From the NCBI GenBank assembly GCA_038127595.1, contig JAYPIC010000014.1, positions 23,858-37,826 on the forward strand: 13,969 bases of DNA, given 5' to 3'. The notes under the pieces are model-generated. The model did not search any database. It worked only from the letters and a program-made list of their open reading frames with translations, and was not told where the DNA came from. Source of the stretch: a bacterium (GTDB taxonomy: Bacteria; Fidelibacterota; Marinisomatia; Marinisomatales; UBA1611). The translations under genes and the position numbers were made by a program. Shown here piece by piece: positions 1 to 8,361 of the stretch. Numbering within the stretch: the stretch's first letter is position 1; each line of letters opens with the position of its first letter.

Positions 1-3000
1 TAATTTATTTCCTGTACGATGCCAAAACTCTACATAAGCTTGAACTCCATTCCATATGTAATGAAGCCAACGCATTTGCCATCTGTCTTTTTTATTGCCT
101 GAAATAATTTCAATTTTGTGCCGCTCTAAATAAACATCCACAGTGTCATTCGTAATATATTCCTCGGTGTATATTGATTCCTCTGGCCAGTACCCACCAA
201 ATTTTTCTACTAATTGAGTTTGGCCAGAACTTTTTGAGCCCATTAAAATGAGCCATTTAATTTCATCTTCAAAAAATTCTCTGTCATGATTATGATTAAG
301 GTTCAATATAATGTTATAAGATCCGAAACTGATCGTTTTTACTAAAACACGGAAAGAGCTTTTGTCATTTTTTGTACTAAGGTGCTTTATCCATATCCCA
401 TTTTTTGGAATGTCAGATAATTGTAAAATAGTATCATCGGTAAATAAAAATATTGATTCCTTAATTAAAGCAGTTGAACTAATTGCTTTGATTAATTTGG
501 ATTTATGATTGTCTCTAACATTGTCGTCAAAGGTAATGACTTCTTTCCAGGTATACTCTTCTTTTGTTTCTCTATCGATTGTTAAAGATGTGTTTGGGCC
601 AAGCCACTGCCTAAAACCATTAATTAAATCATAATATTCTTTTTGTGCAGATGATTTAATCTGTGATGGAGATTCTGATAATTGCCACCAAACTAATTCC
701 GCTCTACTTGATACAAATTGGGTTGGATGAATTTTACCATATTCACATATGATTTTTAATGTATTTTGAATGAAATCAAGATCAATAGAATCAATGTCAT
801 CAATATCATTGTGAAGGTCTTGTAATAGTTTTATTAATCTAGAATATTGATTTAAAGTGATTTTATTGACATTAAAATCAAATTGTACTTCATTATTTGT
901 TTCTTTGAAATACCTAAAATCAGATCTTAATCTCTCCACAAAAAGATTTTCCGATAAAATAGGTGCCAATGTTTCCAACAAACTTAACCTAATAGAAGAA
1001 TCTGGATGATTTAAATATTGTATAAAGGTGTTAAGAATTACATCGGACCAATCATTATCTTGCTTTTCCAATATTCTAATAAGGTAATCATTAAAAGAAA
1101 AATCTTTATTTAAATAGAGAGATAAGGCTAAGTGAATGAGTTCTAACTGATATTGGCTATCTTCTAAAGTATGAATATTTTCTTTTTTACTAAATGCGTT
1201 TTCACCAACAACTAAAGATACATGCTGATAATTAATAGCCTCTTTGATTCTGAAGATTGTATTTGAAATAAAATCAACTAGTTCTATGTTACCAAGCCAT
1301 AGTTTTGGATCATTGATAAAAGAGTCTAAATCAAAAATTTTATTTTCAATTATATAGGTAAAGTTTCCAATTACAGCTTTATTATTGTGCCATCTAAAAG
1401 TTAAAAATACATTTTTATCATTTACTTTAATATCATTCCCGTCCCATTTGATATTTGTTTTTATAGTTCCAATTTCACGTATTAACCAATTAGGGAATTT
1501 TATTTCTTTATCATCATTGTATAAACTCAGATAATTTTTTTTATACATTGAAGAAATAGCGGTGCTAAAGTTTTTTATAACATTTTTTCTTTTATAGGTA
1601 CCTTTTTGCGTTAATTCCCCTTTATCCATAGAGAAATCTCTAGCAATTATTGAAAAGTTTACAATGCGCTCATATGGTGATAAAAATCCATTTATGGAAA
1701 TTAACATTGCACTAAAAATTTCATGTATTTGATTGTCGTTCATATTCTCCAAATTATATTCATCATTGCTTCTATTTGGATAAATAAGAACTGTGTTATA
1801 TTCTTTTCCATCGCCTACAAGAAAAACTGATTGAACTAAATCGAAGTCTTGAAAAAGATTTTCTATTTTTTGAGGGGCGATAGTTTGTCCACGACTATTT
1901 TTGTAAATATCTTTCTTTCTATCTACAATAAAATAATATCCATTTTCTTTCTTAAAAATATCTCCGCTATAAAACCAACCATTTTTAAAAGATTCAGAAT
2001 CTTTAATCTTATAAAACCCTGATGAAACATATGGCCCTTTCATGCAAAGCTCGCCATCGTCTTCAATTTTGAGTTCTATGCCTGGTAATGATCTACCAAC
2101 ACTATTTGCAATATACTCTCTTGGTGGTGTCATTGTTATTCCACCTGTTGCTTCGGTCATTCCATATCCGCTTATTAATTCAATTTCATTTTCCTGGAAA
2201 AATAGAAAAATGTCTGGGTCTAAATATCCAGCCGCTGATAGGCCCCATTTTAAATTTCCTCCTGTAATATTTTTTAACTTTTTATTTATCTCTTCTTCTG
2301 ATGATAGGTCTAAATCAATGGAGTCATTAATTGAGTCATATATTTGCACCCACCTTTTTGGAATACTTATAAAAACAGTGGGAGATATGATTGAGAAATC
2401 TTTTAATAAGGAATTAAATGCTGGTGATTCAGCAAAAGTATATGTTGCACCCCAAAAAATTGAACCCATTAATTCAAAATATCTGCCAAATGTATGGAAA
2501 AGAGGTAGGTAGCATAAAAAAATATCAGTACTTCCTATTTCAGGCAACGCAAGTGCTCTAGAAAACCTCTTCGAAATTATATTAAGCTGTGAAAATTTCA
2601 CTCCTTTAGGGTTGCTTGTTGACCCTGAAGTATACATTATAGTATTTGTCCAATTCATATCAATATCTGGCAGATATTTTATTTTGTTTATTGGAGTGTA
2701 ATTATCACTATTATCAAGAAAATCATCCCATGAAATGAAATTACTTTTTACAGTCCCAATTCCGTTAACATCTACAACATACATTTCATAATCTTGTGAA
2801 ATAGAATTCCATAAATGAACAGAATTCTCTCCTCCTAAAAATAATGTATCAACCTTTGATTCTTTTAGAATGTAAGAAAAATGTTCTTTGGTAGAGTTTA
2901 AAGGGATGGGAATTATTCTAATTCCAAAAGATAATGATGCTAGATCCACTAAAGCAGTTTTATACTGGTTATGAGATAGTACCCCAACGACTGGCCTTTT

Positions 3001-3393
3001 ATTTTTAGAAATTTTTTGTAATGCACTCGCGGTTAGCAATATATCGTTCCAGAGTTTCTTGAAACTAATCTCAATCTTATTGTTTCCATCTACAATGTAG
3101 ATTGCAGTTTTATTTTTATACCTATTAAATCTCTGTAGCAATAATTGTCCTGTATGATAATTATATTTTTCAATAATCTCTACAGTTTTCATTGCCCAAA
3201 AGTGGCTGTTATTTTGCGATATAATTTTCGATACAGATGAGAAGTGTAAAAGGTCTAAAAATGAAAAAGCTTCATCTTTTGAGACATCATTATCAATAAC
3301 ATATTTTAGTGTTAATTCTAGTTCATCATAGGCAATTTGGCCCTCATTAACGGAATTTAGTAGGTTGGTAATTTTATGTTTAATTTCAGTCAC
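1..3393 (-). CDS. Large multidomain AMP-binding (ANL superfamily, long-chain acyl-CoA synthetase-like) protein with long C-terminal extension; 3' end runs off the window (>=1131 aa)
   Basis: Manual translation of the minus strand shows no stop from GTG at 3393 to base 1; an in-frame TAA at 3405-3403 bounds the 5' end. ANL motifs: YTSGSTSNPKG (2634-2602), YLPLFH, GYGMTE (2169-2152), GELCMKGP, GWFYSGD (1980-1960), IVDRKKD, GQTIAPQKIE, GELTQKGTYKR (1620-1588). Probably absent from the ORF track because it has no stop in the window. Confidence 0.93.
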   Translation of the reverse strand, partial: MTEIKHKITNLLNSVNEGQIAYDELELTLKYVIDNDVSKDEAFSFLDLLHFSSVSKIISQNNSHFWAMKTVEIIEKYNYHTGQLLLQRFNRYKNKTAIYIVDGNNKIEISFKKLWNDILLTASALQKISKNKRPVVGVLSHNQYKTALVDLASLSFGIRIIPIPLNSTKEHFSYILKESKVDTLFLGGENSVHLWNSISQDYEMYVVDVNGIGTVKSNFISWDDFLDNSDNYTPINKIKYLPDIDMNWTNTIMYTSGSTSNPKGVKFSQLNIISKRFSRALALPEIGSTDIFLCYLPLFHTFGRYFELMGSIFWGATYTFAESPAFNSLLKDFSIISPTVFISIPKRWVQIYDSINDSIDLDLSSEEEINKKLKNITGGNLKWGLSAAGYLDPDIFLFFQENEIELISGYGMTEATGGITMTPPREYIANSVGRSLPGIELKIEDDGELCMKGPYVSSGFYKIKDSESFKNGWFYSGDIFKKENGYYFIVDRKKDIYKNSRGQTIAPQKIENLFQDFDLVQSVFLVGDGKEYNTVLIYPNRSNDEYNLENMNDNQIHEIFSAMLISINGFLSPYERIVNFSIIARDFSMDKGELTQKGTYKRKNVIKNFSTAISSMYKKNYLSLYNDDKEIKFPNWLIREIGTIKTNIKWDGNDIKVNDKNVFLTFRWHNNKAVIGNFTYIIENKIFDLDSFINDPKLWLGNIELVDFISNTIFRIKEAINYQHVSLVVGENAFSKKENIHTLEDSQYQLELIHLALSLYLNKDFSFNDYLIRILEKQDNDWSDVILNTFIQYLNHPDSSIRLSLLETLAPILSENLFVERLRSDFRYFKETNNEVQFDFNVNKITLNQYSRLIKLLQDLHNDIDDIDSIDLDFIQNTLKIICEYGKIHPTQFVSSRAELVWWQLSESPSQIKSSAQKEYYDLINGFRQWLGPNTSLTIDRETKEEYTWKEVITFDDNVRDNHKSKLIKAISSTALIKESIFLFTDDTILQLSDIPKNGIWIKHLSTKNDKSSFRVLVKTISFGSYNIILNLNHNHDREFFEDEIKWLILMGSKSSGQTQLVEKFGGYWPEESIYTEEYITNDTVDVYLERHKIEIISGNKKDRWQMRWLHYIWNGVQAYVEFWHRTGNKL

Positions 3394-3501
3394 GAATAGC
3401 GATTAGTTTCTAATCTGTTTTTGAAAGAAGCATTGCTGTATATCATTCTAATATGTACATTCATTTGCTTTCTAAAATTTTACTAATAAAAATTCAATAA
3501 A
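3394..3501. promoter_or_regulatory. Divergent promoter region; candidate sigma70 promoter for the plus-strand run, TTGCTG-N17-TACATT (3433-3461)
   Basis: This 108-bp gap between head-to-head starts (GTG 3393, ATG 3502) is the only sizeable intergenic region. The hexamer match is imperfect and lies in AT-rich DNA, so the exact boxes are tentative. Confidence 0.45.
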
Positions 3502-5106
3502 ATGAGCGATAAACAAAAAATAATAGATCTTGAAAATAGGATTCATAGGCTAAATGAAATTGGAATGGCGCTCTCAACAGAGTCCGACTCAAATAAATTA
3601 TTTGAAATGATTTTAGAAGAGGCTAGAAATATAACCAATGCTGACGGGCGCACATTATATAGTAAGAATGAAACAGGTGATCTTCAGTTTGAAATTCTTA
3701 GGAATGACACTATGAACACCACTATGGGAGGAAGCTCTGGAACTAAGATTCCTTTTGACCCCGTAAAATTATGGGTTGACGAATCAACTCCCAATCAAAG
3801 TAATGTATCAGCTTATGTTGCCTTAACAGGTGAGACTGTTAATATTAAAGATGCTTACGAAGAGGCTGGGTTTGATTTTAGTGGTACAAAGTCTTATGAC
3901 CAAAAAACTGGATACCGTTCACAATCATTTTTAACAGTGCCTTTAAAGAACCATGAAAATGAGATAATTGGTGTAATGCAGTTGATAAATGCCAGAGATA
4001 AAAATGGTAGGGTTGTTTCATTTGATAATGATATGCAAGAACAAATTGAATCCTTAGCGTCTCAAGGTGCTGTCGCCTTGACAAATAAAAAACTGGTTGG
4101 TGAACTGAAAACTTTGTTTGAAGCATTTATTCAGCTAATTGCAACTGCGATTGACAAAAAATCTGAATACACCGGTGGCCATTGTTCAAGAGTCCCTGTA
4201 ATTACCATGATGCTTGCAGATGAGGTTGCAAAAACAAAAACCGGTAAATATAAAGATTTTGCAATGACAGAGGATGATAGATATGAATTATATATTGCAG
4301 CGTGGCTTCACGACTGTGGGAAAGTTGCTACACCGCCGCACGTTGTTGACAAAGGAACTAAGTTGGAGACAATATTTGATAGGATTGAATTGGTTAAAAC
4401 TAGAATGGAAATTCTAAAAAGAGATGCTGAAATAGATTTTTTAAAGAGGAAGTTAAATGGTTCTTTACCTGATTATGACGAAGAATATAGAAATTCAATT
4501 AAGCAAATTGATGAAAATATAAAATTCATTGAATCTTGTAACATTGGTGGTGAGTTTATGAAACCAGAGCTTCAGGAAAGAATAAAATCCATATCTGAAC
4601 AAAAGCTACTATTAAATAATGAGAAGGTAAATATCCTTACTGAAAATGAAGTGCGAAATTTAAATATAACAAAAGGTACTTTACTTCCTGAAGAAAGAGA
4701 TATAATCAATGATCATATATCTATTACCATTGATATGCTTGAACAATTACCATATCCAAAAAATTTAAAAAATATACCAGAATTTGCTGGCGGTCATCAT
4801 GAAAAAATGGATGGTACTGGTTACCCAAAAGGGCTCAAAGCAGATCAAATGTCTCCACAAGCAAAGATTATGGCAATTGCAGATATCTATGAAGCATTAA
4901 CCGCCGCTGACAGACCATATAAAGATGGGAAAAAACTATCTCAAGCAATGAGAATAATGGGCTTTATGAAAAATGACTATCATATTGATGAGGATTTATT
5001 TGAGATTTTTGTTAATTCTGGGGTATATAAACACTATGCCGATGAGCATGTTGCTGCAGGGCAAATAGACGATGTAGATGAAAAGGCTATACTCGGAGTA
5101 AAATGA
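3502..5106 (+). CDS. GAF domain + HD-GYP domain metal-dependent phosphohydrolase (putative cyclic-dinucleotide phosphodiesterase)
   Basis: N-terminal GAF features (NADGRTLY, VALTGETVNIKDAY, D-x-KTGYRSQSFLTVPLKN, IIGVMQLIN). HD-GYP motifs YTGGHCSRV, WLHDCGK, HHEKMDGTGYP, IADIYEALTAADRPYK. Confidence 0.93.
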   Translation: MSDKQKIIDLENRIHRLNEIGMALSTESDSNKLFEMILEEARNITNADGRTLYSKNETGDLQFEILRNDTMNTTMGGSSGTKIPFDPVKLWVDESTPNQSNVSAYVALTGETVNIKDAYEEAGFDFSGTKSYDQKTGYRSQSFLTVPLKNHENEIIGVMQLINARDKNGRVVSFDNDMQEQIESLASQGAVALTNKKLVGELKTLFEAFIQLIATAIDKKSEYTGGHCSRVPVITMMLADEVAKTKTGKYKDFAMTEDDRYELYIAAWLHDCGKVATPPHVVDKGTKLETIFDRIELVKTRMEILKRDAEIDFLKRKLNGSLPDYDEEYRNSIKQIDENIKFIESCNIGGEFMKPELQERIKSISEQKLLLNNEKVNILTENEVRNLNITKGTLLPEERDIINDHISITIDMLEQLPYPKNLKNIPEFAGGHHEKMDGTGYPKGLKADQMSPQAKIMAIADIYEALTAADRPYKDGKKLSQAMRIMGFMKNDYHIDEDLFEIFVNSGVYKHYADEHVAAGQIDDVDEKAILGVK

Positions 5107-5405
5107 ATATTTTAGAAAAACGTAAACTTTTAAAAAATAAAATATTTTCATTGCAAGATGAGGTTTCAAGAATTTTAAGTATTGATAATGATGTTGATAA
5201 GTTTTTAGATAACTCAACCATTCTTGATGAATGGGAAGAAATAATTCCTGATGCAGAATATGGTATTTTTGTAATGGCAATTCTTAACAATGTAAAAAGA
5301 GAATCGATTATTGATAAAATTTTAGATTCTATTTTAAATACTGATAAATCAGATTTTAGGGGACCAGCTACAGAAAATAATATAAAACAACACCCGTTTT
5401 GTTAA
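5103..5405 (+). CDS. Small hypothetical protein (100 aa, acidic core)
   Basis: ATGA start/stop overlap with the HD-GYP gene; fills the gap to the next gene; no recognisable motif. Confidence 0.75.
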   Translation: MNILEKRKLLKNKIFSLQDEVSRILSIDNDVDKFLDNSTILDEWEEIIPDAEYGIFVMAILNNVKRESIIDKILDSILNTDKSDFRGPATENNIKQHPFC

Positions 5406-5425
5406 AATAATTCTGAATATTTAAT

Positions 5426-7219
5426 ATGAATATAGAAATTATTATAGTTCTATTAATATTGTCCTTAGGGTTTTTCCTTTTTATAAAAGAATACTTTAGT
5501 ATAGATGTAACTGCCCTTATTATCCTTTCTAGTTTTTTTGGGCTGGGCTATCTCACGCCTTCTGAGGCAGTATCAGGCTTTTCTAATCCTGCAGTAATAA
5601 CCATCGGTTTGTTATTTATTTTAAGTAGTGCAATTCAAAAGACTGGTCTTTTAGAATATATTGTTGTGACAATAAATAGATTGGTTCATTCCTCAAAAAC
5701 TATTGGATTAGCGGCTTATTACTTTACTATTAGTATAGCATCCTCGCTCATAAATAATACTGCTATAGTAGCTATTTTTATGCCTATTACTATTCGGCTA
5801 GCTCATAATTATCGTGTAAGTCCATCAAAGATGCTAATACCATTAAGCTATGCAGCAATTTTAGGAGGTACGCTGACACTAGTTGGTACGTCAACCAACC
5901 TACTTGTAAATTCCATTTACATGAGTTATGAAGGATCTCAGCCTTTAGGGATGTTTGAATTCTTAAAGTACGGGTCCATCATTTTGGTTATAGGTACTGT
6001 TTATTTATTATTCATTGCTCCAAGATTAATTCCATCAAGAACTACTACTTCAAGTTTAACAAAAAGTTATCATCTAGGTGGTTACTTAACGGAGATGAAA
6101 GTAAGGAAAGGTTCTGTCCTTATTGGAAAATCATGCTTTGATAGATCAATTAATCAAAATTATGATGTTACTGTACTTGATATAATCAGAGAAAAAAAAC
6201 ATATTGTTAAAGATATTAGAAGAACAATTTTAAAAGAGGGAGACATACTTTTTGTAAGAGGCACATTAGAGAACTTCCTTCGGATGAAGGAAGTGGAGGG
6301 AGTTGCATTACTTACTGATGAGAAATTAACACAATCTGAGCTCGAGCAAGAGGATAATGAACTGGTAGAGTGTTTGCTTACAGATGATTCAGGTCTTGTT
6401 GGCAAGAGTTTAATGTCAACAAATTTTCGTCAAATATATGGTGCATTTATTTTAGCAATAAGGCGTGAAGGTGATATTTTTAGAAAAAAAATTGCACATA
6501 TGAAATTGCGTGCTTTTGATACATTATTGGTTTATGGTCCATCAAAAAAAATAGCAAGTTTATCTGATGGAGGAAACTTCATCGTGTTAGGAAAAGTGCA
6601 AGCTAGGTTGATTAAAGAAAAATTTTGGTGGGTTAGTATTTACGTGGTATTAATATCAATTATTTTTGCGGCTATTGGATATATACCAATAATGAAAGGC
6701 GCATTCTTAAGTGTAGTTATACTTCTTAGTTTGAAAATTATTACAGCGCAGGAAAGTTATCAATCTATCCATTGGCAGGTGATCTTTCTAATAGCAGCTC
6801 TGATACCGATAGGTATAGTAATTCAGAAAACAGGTACCGCTGACTGGATAGGAAATAATATTTCAAATTTTATTTTTTTATTTTCTAGTGAACTTCAACC
6901 CTATGTATTGTTAGCTACGATATATTTTATAACAATGATTTTAACAGAGATTTCATCAAACGTTGCTACAGCAATTATAATGGTCCCTATAGCTATAGCA
7001 GTTTCAAACCAACTAGGTTTAGAATCTAGACCGTTCGTTTTTACTGTTGCTTTTGCTGCTAGCTCCTCATTTATAACCCCTATTGGTTATCAAACTAATT
7101 TGATGGTTTACGGTCCAGGAGGGTACAAGTTTAGTGATTACATTCGAGTTGGTTTACCTTTGTCATTAATCCTATTCATATCTGCAATATTGATCATTCC
7201 TAAACTTTGGCACTTTTAG
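5426..7219 (+). CDS. SLC13/DASS-family permease with central TrkA-C (RCK_C) domains (di/tricarboxylate or sulfate-type transporter)
   Basis: Hydrophobic N- and C-terminal halves with GFSNPAVIT, INNTA, LGGTLTLVGTSTN, EISSNVATA and FITPIGYQTNLMVYGPGGYKFSDY. The soluble middle carries two TrkA-C-like units (S-x-L-(I/V)-GKS ... IIR/IRR ... L-x-x-x-D-x-L). Confidence 0.92.
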   Translation: MNIEIIIVLLILSLGFFLFIKEYFSIDVTALIILSSFFGLGYLTPSEAVSGFSNPAVITIGLLFILSSAIQKTGLLEYIVVTINRLVHSSKTIGLAAYYFTISIASSLINNTAIVAIFMPITIRLAHNYRVSPSKMLIPLSYAAILGGTLTLVGTSTNLLVNSIYMSYEGSQPLGMFEFLKYGSIILVIGTVYLLFIAPRLIPSRTTTSSLTKSYHLGGYLTEMKVRKGSVLIGKSCFDRSINQNYDVTVLDIIREKKHIVKDIRRTILKEGDILFVRGTLENFLRMKEVEGVALLTDEKLTQSELEQEDNELVECLLTDDSGLVGKSLMSTNFRQIYGAFILAIRREGDIFRKKIAHMKLRAFDTLLVYGPSKKIASLSDGGNFIVLGKVQARLIKEKFWWVSIYVVLISIIFAAIGYIPIMKGAFLSVVILLSLKIITAQESYQSIHWQVIFLIAALIPIGIVIQKTGTADWIGNNISNFIFLFSSELQPYVLLATIYFITMILTEISSNVATAIIMVPIAIAVSNQLGLESRPFVFTVAFAASSSFITPIGYQTNLMVYGPGGYKFSDYIRVGLPLSLILFISAILIIPKLWHF

Positions 7220-7229
7220 TTTAAGTTTT

Positions 7230-8360
7230 ATGAGGGATTTATTTTTAATCGATCCTAAGGTTACTTATCTTAACCACGGTTCTTATGGAGCTTGTCCAAA
7301 GTCAGTATTCCTTGATTATCAAAATTTTCAAAAGAGACTTGAAAAGCAACCTGTGCAGTTTATGACCAAATATTTTTGGGAAGATTTAAAAATTACTAGA
7401 GATACTCTAGGTGATTTTATAAAATGTGATGGGGACGATATATTATTATTCCCAAATCCGACAACTGCTATAAATAATATCATTGAAAACTTAGATATTG
7501 CTGAAGGCGATGAGATACTAACAACACAGCATGAATATGGAGCATTGATTCGTGCTTGGAATAGGTTGTCGATAAGGAAAAGTTTTTCGTTTATTCAACA
7601 AAAAATTGATTTGCCATTAGGATCAAAAGAGACATTTATTGATCAGTTTTGTGCGGGTATTAATGAAAGAACTAAAATCATTTTCATTTCTCATATAACT
7701 AGCCAAACTGCATTGATATTTCCTGTTGAAGAAATTTGCAAAATTGCTAAAAGTAAAGGTATCATAACAATAATTGATGGGGCTCATGCTCCAGGGCACA
7801 TTGATTTGGATATAACTCAAATTGGATGTGACTATTACACAGGAGCTTGTCATAAATGGATGTGCGCTCCAAAAGGATCATCATTTTTATATGTAGCTAA
7901 AAATTTTCAAAAAGGTATGAGTCCTCAGATTATGAGTTGGGGAGAGGAAGGGGATGATCCAGGGCCATCACAATTTTTAATGGACTTTCAATGGCAAGGT
8001 ACTAAAGATATGAGTGCGTTTTTAGCAATACCCTCAGCAATAAGATTTTTACAAAAAAATAAATGGAAAGAAAAAAGTGTAATTAGTAAAAATTTAATCA
8101 GTCATCTTGCTGGCCGTTTAAAAGACATCCTTGGTACGGAGAGTCTTTTTAAAAATAAAAACTGGATAGGACAAATGATTAGTCACCCTTTGCCTATGGA
8201 TAGCCCAGTTAATTTAAAAGATATGTTGTGGAATGATTTTAAAATAGAAGTGCCTATTTTCGATTGGGGAAAACGAAACTTTATTAGAGTATCAGCGCAT
8301 TTTTACAATGATCAAAAAGATATGGATCATTTGATTAAGGCTTTAAAGGAGATTTTTTAA
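7230..8360 (+). CDS. Class V PLP-dependent enzyme (isopenicillin-N epimerase / C-S lyase-like subfamily)
   Basis: YLNHGSYGA, HEYGA, SHITS, IDGAHAPG, CHKWMCAPKG (PLP lysine), QGTKD, RVSAHFYN. Confidence 0.9.
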   Translation: MRDLFLIDPKVTYLNHGSYGACPKSVFLDYQNFQKRLEKQPVQFMTKYFWEDLKITRDTLGDFIKCDGDDILLFPNPTTAINNIIENLDIAEGDEILTTQHEYGALIRAWNRLSIRKSFSFIQQKIDLPLGSKETFIDQFCAGINERTKIIFISHITSQTALIFPVEEICKIAKSKGIITIIDGAHAPGHIDLDITQIGCDYYTGACHKWMCAPKGSSFLYVAKNFQKGMSPQIMSWGEEGDDPGPSQFLMDFQWQGTKDMSAFLAIPSAIRFLQKNKWKEKSVISKNLISHLAGRLKDILGTESLFKNKNWIGQMISHPLPMDSPVNLKDMLWNDFKIEVPIFDWGKRNFIRVSAHFYNDQKDMDHLIKALKEIF

Positions 8361-8361
8361 C

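Noticed and set aside
2042..2512. 156-aa plus-strand ORF from the track
   Set aside because: Antisense shadow of the AMP-binding domain; Ser/Pro/Ile-rich with no motif, whereas the minus frame carries clear ANL motifs.
1..3393. NRPS, carboxylic acid reductase or fatty acyl-AMP ligase-PKS interpretation of the large ORF
   Set aside because: No carrier-protein GxxS motif, condensation HHxxxDG, ketosynthase or Rossmann reductase motif in the visible extension; the unseen C-terminus cannot be judged.
3878..5290. Minus-strand ORFs 3878-4126, 4996-5280 and 5087-5290
   Set aside because: Antisense to the well-supported HD-GYP gene and its coupled neighbour; no protein-like features.
6160..7853. 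Minus-strand ORFs 6160-6405 and 7623-7853
   Set aside because: Shadows inside the permease and PLP enzyme genes.
7230..8360. Beta-lactam (cefD) or ergothioneine (egtE) biosynthesis cluster
   Set aside because: No other genes of either pathway are in the window; family similarity alone does not assign function.
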